DNA of 64,000 bases from a virus: positions 1-64,000 of IMG/VR virus record IMGVR_UViG_3300019458_000032; one strand, written 5' to 3'. Made by a program: the position numbers and the translations under genes. Positions within the stretch are counted from its first letter, which is position 1. Every line of letters begins with the position of its first letter. Of this stretch, positions 28,058-38,115 are shown in pieces. Under the pieces are notes generated by a model. It was not told the DNA's origin. It made no database searches and worked only from the letters and a program-made list of their open reading frames with translations.

Positions 28058-28669
28058 ATGACCACCTATTTTAGTGATGTTAAATATATTGAAATAGAAC
28101 CTCTATTGGAAGAATTAAATGAAATCTTCTTAGAATCTGAAGAAGAGTTAAAAAAACTTAATAGAGTCTATAATTTACAAGAAACTGGTCCCCATGCTGT
28201 AGTTCCCGATCAATTTAAATATCATGGAACTATCACAAGAATTAGAAATGATGGAACAATCGCATTTCAACTAAAACAACCACCTGGTGCTATTTCTCTA
28301 TCTTATAAAAATATTGAATCTGATATGTATTTAGATAGAGTACATTTAGATCCCTTTGATATTCAGAATATTTTGAAGGATAAAGATAGTTCTAAAAAAA
28401 TTATTAATAAACTTGTAAATGATATGTTAGAAAATCTTAAAAAACATAAACAATTAGATATTTCTAAAAAATATATTGGAAAAACAATCGCAACTATGGT
28501 AAGACCTGGTACACAAAGTAGGATTGTTACAAATTATCAGGATGAATTTATAGAAATTAGACTTTATTCTGATGCAACTGAGATTTCTCAAGGAGAAAAA
28601 AATGACTCTACCACAATTAATTCTACAGAAAGCTCAACAAGCGGAACTACAACAAACATTACCGATTAG
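28058..28669 (+). CDS. hypothetical protein
   Basis: 203 aa ORF preceded by TTGACA-17-TAATAT (28007-28035). Confidence 0.6.
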   Translation: MTTYFSDVKYIEIEPLLEELNEIFLESEEELKKLNRVYNLQETGPHAVVPDQFKYHGTITRIRNDGTIAFQLKQPPGAISLSYKNIESDMYLDRVHLDPFDIQNILKDKDSSKKIINKLVNDMLENLKKHKQLDISKKYIGKTIATMVRPGTQSRIVTNYQDEFIEIRLYSDATEISQGEKNDSTTINSTESSTSGTTTNITD

Positions 28670-28795
28670 AATATCTAATAAAGATTATAATATCATTACA
28701 GATAGTTATGCTATTATTAAAGAATTAGAAGATGCTGGATTTCATGTAGAAACGTTTACAGAACGTTTCTCTAAGACATATGGATTGGTTATTTC

Positions 28796-29239
28796 TTGAA
28801 CATAAAGATTAAAAAATTACATCCTGATGCCGTAATACCATCATACGCCAAACTTGGTGATGCTGGATTAGATTTAACTGCTATATCTATGGAATATAAT
28901 AGATTACATTCTGGAAGTAAATTTATAACATATGGAACTGGATTAGCTATAGAGATTCCAGAAGGATATGTAGGTTTAATATTTCCCAGAAGTTCAATTT
29001 CTAAAACATATTTAGATTTATCAAATTCTGTAGGTGTTATTGATAGTGGTTATAGGGGAGAAATACTGTTTAAATTTCGTATAGATGCTGGTGCTAGACC
29101 CAACAAGGAATGTTATAAAGTTGGCGATAGAATTGGACAATTAATCATCATTCCTTATCCTAAAATTGAATTTGAAGAAGTTACAGAATTATCTCAAACA
29201 GATCGTAATACTAATGGATTTGGGAGTTCTGGATTATGA
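28796..29239 (+). CDS. dut: dUTPase (trimeric)
   Basis: GDAGLDL, TGLAIEIP, PRSS, GVIDSGYRGE, RIGQL, R..NGFGSSG. Confidence 0.95.
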   Translation: MNIKIKKLHPDAVIPSYAKLGDAGLDLTAISMEYNRLHSGSKFITYGTGLAIEIPEGYVGLIFPRSSISKTYLDLSNSVGVIDSGYRGEILFKFRIDAGARPNKECYKVGDRIGQLIIIPYPKIEFEEVTELSQTDRNTNGFGSSGL

Positions 29240-29392
29240 AATATCACGAATGTGGTAAATGTGAAATATTTTTTGATTTTTGTAGATGTGAAGAAATAAC
29301 TCGAAAAAAATTAGATGAATTACCAGGTGCATCAATTGATGAGATAATTAAACACGCCGGTGAATATATAAATAATTGGATTGACAAAAAAT

Positions 29393-29674
29393 ATGGGAAA
29401 ACAAAAACTAAAGAACCATCGTCCAGACGAACATCTTCTAGGGCAAATAAGAGAACTAAAATGTCAAATAAGAAAACTAAGTCAAGAAAATCGAAGACTT
29501 GAAAAACTATTAGGTTATAATCAAAATACTATTAGAGAGATAATAGAAGAACAATTACCTGACTGCGAGAACTGTGGAAAAGGTTTTTTAAGAGAGATAA
29601 TTGTTTTGGATAGAAGAATTAAGCTTTGTAATGTATGCGACTGGAGAAGTAGGGCGGTTAAAATTCATGGATGA
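29393..29674 (+). CDS. coiled-coil plus zinc-ribbon protein
   Basis: Heptad region followed by CENC...CNVC. Confidence 0.55.
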   Translation: MGKQKLKNHRPDEHLLGQIRELKCQIRKLSQENRRLEKLLGYNQNTIREIIEEQLPDCENCGKGFLREIIVLDRRIKLCNVCDWRSRAVKIHG

Positions 29675-30104
29675 TGTAAAAAAAGATAAAGATATTATAG
29701 TTTTACCAGATGGTACAAAAGTTAATCGTAAAACTTGGCTAACATCGGGTCTTAGACGCATGAGCTATCGCTGGAGACCTCGTAATGAAGCCGAGAGACA
29801 AGCTAGAGTTGATCGTGGTCTGTATAAATGTGCATATTGTGAACAATCCTTTAGAAATGGTCAATATGCAATAGATCATATTATCCCAATCATTAATGTA
29901 AAGACTGGATGGACAAATTGGGATGATTTCTTGGAAAAGCTCTTTTGTGACGTAGATGGATTTCAGATTTTATGTCATGCATGCCACGAAAATAAAACCT
30001 CCACTGAGGACCTATTAAGAACTCATTATAATCAACAAAGAAAAGAAGATGAAAAGCCCTTGACAAAACGTAAGAAACGTAGTAAAGTGATTAAAGATGA
30101 GTAA
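29667..30104 (+). CDS. HNH endonuclease
   Basis: YKCAYC, IDHIIP, QILCHACHENKT; start moved to ATG 29667. Confidence 0.85.
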   Translation: MDDVKKDKDIIVLPDGTKVNRKTWLTSGLRRMSYRWRPRNEAERQARVDRGLYKCAYCEQSFRNGQYAIDHIIPIINVKTGWTNWDDFLEKLFCDVDGFQILCHACHENKTSTEDLLRTHYNQQRKEDEKPLTKRKKRSKVIKDE

Positions 30105-30423
30105 GTTATTAGAAATTTGGGATAGATGGTCAACGACGGGCATTAAAATGCCCTTCCTTCATGATCCTGAAACAGGTAAACCTTCAGAAACATTGCTTTT
30201 CTATAAAGCAACCACTACAATCACAATTTGTTCTCTATTAGCGTTACATTTTAAAGTAATAACTCCAGGAACAACATTCACAACAGCGGTGGTTAATTTA
30301 TTGGCGTTTGTTTGTTATAGAATGAGAAAATTGGATAAAGTAAAATTGGATCTTGACGATCAGTCGATTGAACTAGATAGTGATGATAATAATGATGATA
30401 AACAAGAAAAGGAAAAAGAATGA
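30097..30423 (+). CDS. putative holin-like membrane protein
   Basis: Two TM helices and charged C-tail; P...DP.TGKPS motif; promoter TTGACA-17-TAAAGT at 30060-30088. Confidence 0.45.
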   Translation: MSKLLEIWDRWSTTGIKMPFLHDPETGKPSETLLFYKATTTITICSLLALHFKVITPGTTFTTAVVNLLAFVCYRMRKLDKVKLDLDDQSIELDSDDNNDDKQEKEKE

Positions 30424-31355
30424 AAAAATTTGTACTAGGTTTAACTTTATTGGCGGCTGTGGGTTCAGCTAATGCGTCTGGAACAAAGACAACAGCACCT
30501 TCTAATGGAACACCTAAAGTAACTCTCACTAAAGATAATATGCTTCTATTGTCAACATATATTGATGAACAAAGTGTTGCTAAAACCGTTAAAATTGCTA
30601 AAGAGATGGACGCTAGACTTAAAAGTAATGAACCTATGTACTTCGTTCTTAATTCTGGTGGTGGTAGTATTGACAGTGGTTTAGAGATGATTGAAAATCT
30701 TCAAAGTTTGAATCGTCCAGTTCATACTATTACAATTTTCTCGGCATCTATGGCATTTCATACCGTTCAAGGACTTGGTAATCGTTATATCCTAGCGAAT
30801 GGCACACTTATGACTCACAAAGCTAAAGGTGGATTTGAAGGTGAATTCCCTGGACAACTAGATTCTAGATATGGCTATTATCTTAAACGTATCTTCAGGA
30901 TGGATGAACAAGTAGTTGCTCGCACAAAGGGTAAACATAACAAAAAATCATATGCAGATCTTTATGAAAATGAATACTGGTGTGATGGTCAAGAATGTAT
31001 TAAACAAGGATTTTCTGATCTTGTAATTAAAGCTCAGTGTGATAAGAGTCTTGATGGCACTCGTGATGAAGTTGAAAAATTGATTTTTATGGGTATGCCT
31101 GTAGAAATTACTCTAGTATTTGATAAATGTCCTTTGAATACTGGTCTTCTTGATGTTAAAGTTGCAATCAATGGTGAACAATTGTTTTCAGTTGATAAAG
31201 AAAAACCTGTTCAAAAAACAAAAGTTGAAGACAGAAGTTATTATTACTCTAGTCGTGATCACGACTGGGATAAAGAAGATCTTGTAAAACTTAACGAAGC
31301 AATTCAGGCTAAAATTAAAAAAATCACTAATCGTGAAGTTATTAAGGGATATTAA
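30420..31355 (+). CDS. ClpP/S14-like protease with cleavable signal peptide
   Basis: MKKFVLGLTLLAAVGSANA signal; LNSGGGS, SASMAF (catalytic Ser), LMTH (catalytic His). Confidence 0.8.
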   Translation: MKKFVLGLTLLAAVGSANASGTKTTAPSNGTPKVTLTKDNMLLLSTYIDEQSVAKTVKIAKEMDARLKSNEPMYFVLNSGGGSIDSGLEMIENLQSLNRPVHTITIFSASMAFHTVQGLGNRYILANGTLMTHKAKGGFEGEFPGQLDSRYGYYLKRIFRMDEQVVARTKGKHNKKSYADLYENEYWCDGQECIKQGFSDLVIKAQCDKSLDGTRDEVEKLIFMGMPVEITLVFDKCPLNTGLLDVKVAINGEQLFSVDKEKPVQKTKVEDRSYYYSSRDHDWDKEDLVKLNEAIQAKIKKITNREVIKGY

Positions 31356-31357
31356 TA

Positions 31358-31642
31358 ATGACTAGCGTATTAATAATGATGGTTGTTGCACTGGTAGTCT
31401 TACTGGTGCATCAACATTTGAAAAAGAATAGTGCAGAAGCTTTAAACGACAATCTCGAATCAAAAGAAAAGGTTCTTGAAAAAGAGAAAGAGATTGCTAA
31501 AAATGAAGGTTTAATTACTGCCGAAGAAGAAAAACGTAAACAAATTGAATCAGATTTAGAGAAAAAGAAAAATGAAGAAGTTTCTAAAGACAACCTTTTG
31601 GATTTTTTTAATAATCGCAGTTCCGACAACGATAGTAAATGA
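31358..31642 (+). CDS. TM-anchored coiled-coil protein (inner-spanin-like)
   Basis: N-terminal TM followed by charged coiled coil. Confidence 0.45.
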   Translation: MTSVLIMMVVALVVLLVHQHLKKNSAEALNDNLESKEKVLEKEKEIAKNEGLITAEEEKRKQIESDLEKKKNEEVSKDNLLDFFNNRSSDNDSK

Positions 31643-31761
31643 CGATAGATTTTTGAGATATCTAAAAGTTATGCAATGCACTAAAGATATAGTTAATATA
31701 ATCGATAAGAATTATCTTTATTATAGCAACGTTAGAAATATTGTTACCTGGTGTGAAAATC

Positions 31762-32157
31762 ATGTTGATGAAATATATTAATGTATTTGTAATTTTATCA
31801 CTTATTGGAAATCTATGCTACGCTGAAGATGTTACTTTTCTCAATCAAGGAGACAAGGCTCCATACACCGGATATCTTTTTACTGAATCAAAAACAAAAG
31901 AAGTTAGAATTCAACTATTAGAACGTGATTCCTATAAAGCACTTAATGATTCTTATGAAAAAACAAATGTGTGGCTTAAACAGAATATTGATCTTAAAGA
32001 TCAACAAATAACTATTGTATCTCAAAGAAATGATGATTTAGCTAAAGCTCTTAGAGAAGAGAAAACCGCTAATAATTGGGAAAGAATATTTTACTTTGCA
32101 ATTGGAGTACTTGCTACCTCAGCAGCCGTGTATGGTGTTAAGAAAATCACCCAATAA
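31762..32157 (+). CDS. exported coiled-coil protein with C-terminal TM (possible spanin partner)
   Basis: Signal peptide, L..G.KAPY.GYL, coiled coil, C-terminal hydrophobic helix. Confidence 0.45.
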   Translation: MLMKYINVFVILSLIGNLCYAEDVTFLNQGDKAPYTGYLFTESKTKEVRIQLLERDSYKALNDSYEKTNVWLKQNIDLKDQQITIVSQRNDDLAKALREEKTANNWERIFYFAIGVLATSAAVYGVKKITQ

Positions 32158-32851
32158 TGTATCTACAGAAGAACTTCTAAAACAGTTAAAAACAACTGAA
32201 GAAATTCCTGAAGAACAATTAATAAAAGAAGAAAATGAACAGTCTAGTATTGATTTTATTAGATTCTTTAATCTTAAACCTGGCAACGAAAGAATAGGTA
32301 GTCACGACCTTTATAAATTGTATAGTTTGTGGTACAGAGGAAATGAAAAACTGCGTTCTCTTCAATTCTCGGTTCAAGTTGGTAAATATTTACCTAGATA
32401 TACCGGTGATGGTAAAAGTTGGTATTTAATCGACGAAAAATTAATAGATTTACATGAACGTGCATTTAAATTAATAAAAAAAGAAAAGAAAAGATACAAA
32501 AGTCCAAATGTTAAAGCTGATTTTGATAATTATCTAAAGAAGTATAATATATCTAAAGGAACAAAATATAATTTCACGTGGATAGCTGGAGAAGTTCTAT
32601 ATTCATTATATGATGAGTATGCGTATGGAATAAAAAAGAAGAAACCACTATCTGAACAACAATTTTTAAAACTTTGTAAGATATACTTCCCAGACTATAA
32701 AAGGGACGAGAAGATATTATGGTTTAATATTCATGATTCCATTTCAAATATCATGACAGCGGAAAGGATTTCCGCAATAATGACAGGGAGAAGTCAACGT
32801 CGTGCCAAAGAAAAAAAGCAGAAGAAGCAATACAGAGCATCCAGCTCTTAA
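32132..32851 (+). CDS. protein with tandem winged-helix-like (D5 C-terminal-like) repeats
   Basis: Two repeats: I...DLYKLY..W......L....F and I....LY..Y..Y......PLS...F. Confidence 0.5.
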   Translation: MVLRKSPNNVSTEELLKQLKTTEEIPEEQLIKEENEQSSIDFIRFFNLKPGNERIGSHDLYKLYSLWYRGNEKLRSLQFSVQVGKYLPRYTGDGKSWYLIDEKLIDLHERAFKLIKKEKKRYKSPNVKADFDNYLKKYNISKGTKYNFTWIAGEVLYSLYDEYAYGIKKKKPLSEQQFLKLCKIYFPDYKRDEKILWFNIHDSISNIMTAERISAIMTGRSQRRAKEKKQKKQYRASSS

Positions 32852-33278
32852 ACCTAGTTTAAATCTAAAAACAAGATACGAAGAAATAGAAGATTTATCT
32901 AGTTATGCCAATAGAACTGATATAGATACTCTAACTTTGTCCGATGAAGATCGTGATTGGCTTAATAAGTTTGCCGAAGAGTATGTAAATGATAAATTAA
33001 ATAGGAAAAATCTAAAGAAAAATATACATAATACAGAAAAATTAAAGAAAACTTGTGATGATAGAAACAATGCCAGAAATAGAGATATTCTGACTCAAGT
33101 GAAGGCATATGGAAAACTTGTAGATATTAATAGTATTAGTGAATTTGAGCTTGTTTCTGAAGATATTGAAGATTTAATTATAGAGAAAATAGAAAGAGAT
33201 AGATTAGAGGAGCTTAAGAAGTCTAAGAAGCTCAAGAAGCGCGGCAAGACCAAGAACAAGACCAATGGCTCCCTTTAA
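32802..33278 (+). CDS. hypothetical protein (last + strand gene)
   Basis: 158 aa; LS.E...WLNKF.EEY. Confidence 0.6.
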   Translation: MPKKKSRRSNTEHPALKPSLNLKTRYEEIEDLSSYANRTDIDTLTLSDEDRDWLNKFAEEYVNDKLNRKNLKKNIHNTEKLKKTCDDRNNARNRDILTQVKAYGKLVDINSISEFELVSEDIEDLIIEKIERDRLEELKKSKKLKKRGKTKNKTNGSL

Positions 33279-33536
33279 TTTCCAATTATCTTTTTTTAAA
33301 GGTTCTAGTTCTTCTTTAATAAGTTTAAATTCTTCTTTATTATCTTCTTTTTGACGTTTTAAATCTTCTTCTAATAAATTTGTACGATAAATATGAATTC
33401 CAATGTCTTCACGCATCTCGTGTTGACTATCTTTTATCCCAGAAATATCTTTTTGCATCTCTTTAGTGGATTCTTTAACTTCTTTTAAAGAATCTTTAAT
33501 AGCTTCTAAAATTTCGTAGAATTCTTGTTTATCCAT
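33204..33536 (-). CDS. coiled-coil protein with C-terminal TM
   Basis: Heptad-rich N-terminus, C-terminal GAIGLVLGLAALL helix. Confidence 0.6.
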   Translation of the reverse strand: MDKQEFYEILEAIKDSLKEVKESTKEMQKDISGIKDSQHEMREDIGIHIYRTNLLEEDLKRQKEDNKEEFKLIKEELEPLKKDNWKLKGAIGLVLGLAALLELLRLLKLL

Positions 33537-33539
33537 ATA

Positions 33540-34046
33540 TTATTTGTTCATCATTCTTCTTTTAGCGTCTTCATGAGCCCATTCACTAAATTTTTCCCAA
33601 TCTTCGTTACTTAATTGACCTTCACTTGTAATATCTTCATAAGCTTGTCCCCTAGCTTCAGGATCATCTGGAAGACTATTCATGTATTCGATTGCTCTAT
33701 TTAATGATTCACTGGATCTATTAGCTTTAAATTCTTGTTCAGCAGGATTTTCAATAATTTTTAATTCACTTTCGGAATCAGGTTTTCTAGTATTTTTATT
33801 TTGTTCTTTTAATTTATTGATAAATTGTTGAACTCTTTCTTTACTATCTTTTGGTTTTTCAGGATTATTTAAAGCTGCGTAATCCACTGGTTCTTCTGCC
33901 GTAGAAGAAGGAGTTCTAAATCTAACGTTCTTACCAGTTTGACCAAATACAGGTCTATCTGTCTCTATGATTTCTTTTCCACCTTGTTTAGCTAAAGAAG
34001 CTTCTGCTAATTTTTTTAATAATTCTTGACGTTGTAATTCATCCAT
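33540..34046 (-). CDS. hypothetical virion-associated protein
   Basis: Closely coupled in the - strand late operon. Confidence 0.6.
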   Translation of the reverse strand: MDELQRQELLKKLAEASLAKQGGKEIIETDRPVFGQTGKNVRFRTPSSTAEEPVDYAALNNPEKPKDSKERVQQFINKLKEQNKNTRKPDSESELKIIENPAEQEFKANRSSESLNRAIEYMNSLPDDPEARGQAYEDITSEGQLSNEDWEKFSEWAHEDAKRRMMNK

Positions 34047-34048
34047 AA

Positions 34049-36070
34049 TTATTCATTTTCTCCAGATTGTTGTTCACCATTTATCTTAAGACGAGCTAAA
34101 GGATTTTGCATAATTGAGAATATGGCAGCATTAACTGCTGCTTGATCTTTATTATCTAAACCTTTTAATAACGCATTACCAAGGTTTTCTAAACCTGGAA
34201 CATCTGAAATCTTAGATGCAATAGATCTAATTTCATGTTCAGGAGCATTTAATAGTTTTTTTGTAATCTCAACTGGAGTTCGAGTGATAGTATCTTTATA
34301 CAAACCATATTTATTGGCCACATTTATCACGGAACCTTTACCAAATAAAGATCCTTTTGCTGCGGTTTGAAGACTTTCTTGTGGATTAACTCTCCAAGCA
34401 TGTTGAATCATTGCAGATTGATCGGCTTTATCTCTAACCATTTTTTCAATTGATTTAGATTGAGAATCAGTCGAATCAATCATTTTGGGTGTACTTTCCT
34501 TTTTAATTAAACCTTGTTTAACTCTTTGGGCTTCACTTGTCTCAAATTGTTTTAAACCTTTAATAAAATTACTAAAGGTTTCAGCATCTTTAGAAGAACC
34601 AAAACCAGGATTTTGAGATCCTTGAATCATTTTTCTTGTACTATCGAAAAGTTTACCTTCTTGATTCTTAATATTACTGAGCTTAACACCGCTAATATCT
34701 ACAGGAGTTGAACCTGAAATAATAGTTTCTGGCACTAAACGTCTAAATTCTTCAAATCTATTTGCCGCAATTTTATATTCAGGAACTGCTTCTTTTAAAA
34801 TAGAACCAATTCGATATTGAAAATCATATCCCATATTTGCAATATAAGGATCTTTAACTTTTATAGAATCAGCTAAATCAACTACATCACTTCTTAAAGA
34901 TTGTAGTTCTTTAGGAGTCATTTCGGTTTTATTTTTTAATTGAAATAATGTATCATATAGTTTTTTAGCTTTAGGATTTGCAGAAATTGTTGCATCTTTT
35001 TGCGCAACATCTGCGAATTGTTGTGCCATTCCTATGAGTTCATCACTCATGTCAATAATTTGACCAGAATCGGTTGCTTTATTAATTGATTCACCGACAG
35101 ATTTACCTAATTGATCATCAACTTTATAAATTCTATCTACAAGATCTCTAGAAGCTTCTGTATCAGCATGTAATAATCCAGATTTTAATTTAGGTCCTTC
35201 TTGTCCAGGAGTTAAAATATCTGGTGATCCAAATTTAGCTTTATCACTATAAATATTAACGCCTTCTTCACCGAGTTCTTTAGCTTTTCTAACTTGTCTT
35301 AAAAATGGAGTATCTTCTATAAAATCTGTCATTTTAGATTGAATTTTTTCTTTAGCTGCTCCACCAAATCCTTTAACTGCTTGACCAATTCCCATAAGTG
35401 TAGCACCAGCTACACCGCCAGTTAAAGCACCTTCTGCTGTATCTTTAATTAATTGTTCTTTTTCTTCGGGAGTTGCGCCCAAGATCTTACCTTCAGATTT
35501 TCCTGCCCCATAAATTGCACCTTCGGGGGCAGCAATTAAAGCGGCGGTTCCTGCTCTTTTAGCTAATTCCTTAAGAGCGGCCTTCTTACCTTGTTCTTTT
35601 AAGATTTGTTTTAACCCAACTTTAGCAATAGCCGGAGCTGTTGCACCTGCGGTTAATAGAGCTGGAGCAATGGCACCACCAATTTCACCAATTGTTGATA
35701 AATAAGGACTTCTTTCTTCAGATTCTTTGAGTTTTTGCTGTTCAAGTTCATGATATTTTCTATAAAGTTCTTTATAATCATCTCTTGTTTTATCACCAAG
35801 AGCTATATCAGAACCCGCTTTCAATGCTGCCAAAGCTTCATCACTAAATCCTAATGACAAACCTTGACCAACTCCACGTGCTAAGTCAGTTCCAGTTTCA
35901 AATGTACCTTTACCAAGATCTCTTAAGCCTGTTTTAACTGAACTACCTAAATCTTGAACTTTTTGAGATAAGATTTGACTAGTTGTAGGAGTTAATGGAA
36001 CGTTCTCAAATCCCTCGTCTAGAGGAACTTCTTGAAACCCATCATCTAAATTTAAATCTTTTTTAGCCAT
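34049..36070 (-). CDS. probable internal virion (ejection) protein
   Basis: Helical Ala/Gly-rich; RG..QGLSLGF.DE motif; GxxxG segments. Confidence 0.65.
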   Translation of the reverse strand: MAKKDLNLDDGFQEVPLDEGFENVPLTPTTSQILSQKVQDLGSSVKTGLRDLGKGTFETGTDLARGVGQGLSLGFSDEALAALKAGSDIALGDKTRDDYKELYRKYHELEQQKLKESEERSPYLSTIGEIGGAIAPALLTAGATAPAIAKVGLKQILKEQGKKAALKELAKRAGTAALIAAPEGAIYGAGKSEGKILGATPEEKEQLIKDTAEGALTGGVAGATLMGIGQAVKGFGGAAKEKIQSKMTDFIEDTPFLRQVRKAKELGEEGVNIYSDKAKFGSPDILTPGQEGPKLKSGLLHADTEASRDLVDRIYKVDDQLGKSVGESINKATDSGQIIDMSDELIGMAQQFADVAQKDATISANPKAKKLYDTLFQLKNKTEMTPKELQSLRSDVVDLADSIKVKDPYIANMGYDFQYRIGSILKEAVPEYKIAANRFEEFRRLVPETIISGSTPVDISGVKLSNIKNQEGKLFDSTRKMIQGSQNPGFGSSKDAETFSNFIKGLKQFETSEAQRVKQGLIKKESTPKMIDSTDSQSKSIEKMVRDKADQSAMIQHAWRVNPQESLQTAAKGSLFGKGSVINVANKYGLYKDTITRTPVEITKKLLNAPEHEIRSIASKISDVPGLENLGNALLKGLDNKDQAAVNAAIFSIMQNPLARLKINGEQQSGENE

Positions 36071-36072
36071 AA

Positions 36073-38112
36073 TTATTTACGACCTTGTACAATTTCTTTT
36101 GTTCCATCAGAATATACAAATTGTGTTTGATTTGTTGTTGGGTTATAACCCTTTTTAATTATAGTTTTTTTAGCTTTAGCACTATCTGGTGCTTCTTCAG
36201 AACTACCTTCATTATCTAACATGAAACCCAAACCATGCGGATCTAAAATGTTTCTAGCGGATTCAGGTCTTCTTCTTAAAGTTTCAATATAAGGACCCAT
36301 AATCTTTTTCTGGGTTTTCATAATTTGTTCTTTAGCTAGTTCTTTTTCTCTTTCCACTGTTTCCATTGTTCTCTTAACGAATTCACCTTGAGCTGCACCT
36401 TTTGGAATATTTGTAATATATTCTACAATTTTTGCTAAATCTCCAGAATAAGTATTAGGTATTAAATGTGCAGTACCAGTAATTGTGCCTTGGCCACTAG
36501 ATAATAGAGTGTCTAATGAACGAGCCAATTCGTAAACTTGACGAGTATCCAATTCACCTTTATCTTTATATTGATTAGCGAGAGCTTCAATTGCCTCTGC
36601 TGAACGTATATTATTAGCAGCTTTACCAAATGCTGATCTAGAAGATCCAATTTCAGATGTTAAACGTTTACCAAGATCATCCAAACGTTTTGTATCCATT
36701 TGATCTTGTTTTTCTTCAATTTTAATTTGTGTCATCGCTTTACGATTTTCAGCAGCTTCTTTAGCGGCTTGAATTCTAGCTTTTCTGTTTTCTTCTGCGG
36801 TAAATTCTCTAGATTTACGATTCTCTTCGGCAATTTTCTGATCAGACTCATTCTTTTCTTTAGATTGTTGAGCACGAGCTTCTTGAGCAACTTTAGCTTC
36901 AAAGTCTTTAAATACAAGAGGAACGATTTTACTGCCAGTTTCCGCTGACATATCTCCAGAAACTTTAACGCCCATTTTAGCTAGATATGCTTTAAATGCT
37001 TTAGAAGTTTGACTATGGGGATCATTTCCTTCTTGGGCCATTCTATCTTTTACATCTTGAACTTTTTGATCAGCTTGTTTAATATTAGAGTCATATACAT
37101 CACCATATAGAGGTTTAAAGCCCCCAATAGCCGCTGCACCACGTTCTGAAATCTTACCTAGGTTGTTCCAAAGGATTTGCATATCGCGGGCTTCTTGAGC
37201 CTTATTAAGAGCATCTACAACATCATAATTTTGTTTTCCAAGATCCATTTCAAATTCTGGAGCTTTGGTGCCCCCTTCTTCAGAAGCTGATTCATTTGCA
37301 ACAAAATCTTCATTCTGCATAGTTTGCTCTAAAGATTTATCGTCGGCATTTTCTTCAGAAACGTTTTCAATTGTTGAAGGTTTACCTTTTTTAGGTTCAC
37401 TTAGAATTTTTTTATTAGCTTTATAAGGATTTTTAGCTTTCTCTGTTTTTTTAGGTTCTTCTTTAGGAGGTTCTGGTGTTTCTAAAGGTTGTTCTTTATT
37501 CTGTATTTCTTCAGATCCATCGGTTAATAAACCTAAAGCACCAATTCCGGCAAGACCCAAACCAATATTGCGAGAAGTATTAGATTTTTTAGGAATAACA
37601 GGTGTAATATCTTTAACTTCTCTATATACAGCATCTTCAATAATTTCTTCTGGAGATGCATTTTTCATCAAAGATTTTTCACCTTGAACGGTAGCATTTC
37701 TTCCCATAGATGTTGAAGGAAGATTAGGATTTCTATATGGATTACCTTTTAATATAAAGTTAGGATCTTTATTTATATATGGTTCGCCCTTTAAAATGAA
37801 ATTCGGATCTTGATTCAATTTTACAGTATCGGCAGCTTTTGTGATTTGTCCAGGTATTGGGGCATCGCCCATTTTACCAGAAGCTCTAGCCGCGTTTTCA
37901 ATTTCTTGTAAAGGACTGATACTCATTGCTGGTTTTGGAGCACCTAAACGAGCCTGTTGTTCAATTGCTTCTCTGGCCATTGAAGGAGATAATTTAAAAA
38001 TATCATGTGCCGCTTCAGCCTCTTCTTTTGATAGTTTTCTACCAAAAGCTTTACCTTCAGCACTTTCTGTACTTTTTACAAGTTTTTTAATAATGTTATT
38101 AAGTTGAGACAT
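36073..38112 (-). CDS. probable internal virion (ejection) protein
   Basis: 679 aa, central TM-like GLGLAGIGALG, coiled coils. Confidence 0.6.
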   Translation of the reverse strand: MSQLNNIIKKLVKSTESAEGKAFGRKLSKEEAEAAHDIFKLSPSMAREAIEQQARLGAPKPAMSISPLQEIENAARASGKMGDAPIPGQITKAADTVKLNQDPNFILKGEPYINKDPNFILKGNPYRNPNLPSTSMGRNATVQGEKSLMKNASPEEIIEDAVYREVKDITPVIPKKSNTSRNIGLGLAGIGALGLLTDGSEEIQNKEQPLETPEPPKEEPKKTEKAKNPYKANKKILSEPKKGKPSTIENVSEENADDKSLEQTMQNEDFVANESASEEGGTKAPEFEMDLGKQNYDVVDALNKAQEARDMQILWNNLGKISERGAAAIGGFKPLYGDVYDSNIKQADQKVQDVKDRMAQEGNDPHSQTSKAFKAYLAKMGVKVSGDMSAETGSKIVPLVFKDFEAKVAQEARAQQSKEKNESDQKIAEENRKSREFTAEENRKARIQAAKEAAENRKAMTQIKIEEKQDQMDTKRLDDLGKRLTSEIGSSRSAFGKAANNIRSAEAIEALANQYKDKGELDTRQVYELARSLDTLLSSGQGTITGTAHLIPNTYSGDLAKIVEYITNIPKGAAQGEFVKRTMETVEREKELAKEQIMKTQKKIMGPYIETLRRRPESARNILDPHGLGFMLDNEGSSEEAPDSAKAKKTIIKKGYNPTTNQTQFVYSDGTKEIVQGRK

Positions 38113-38115
38113 TAT

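Noticed and set aside
37735-37815. 14-aa tandem duplication (NxDPNFILKGxPY x2) in a putative ejection protein
   Set aside because: Real but a minor local duplication with no evidence of separate function.
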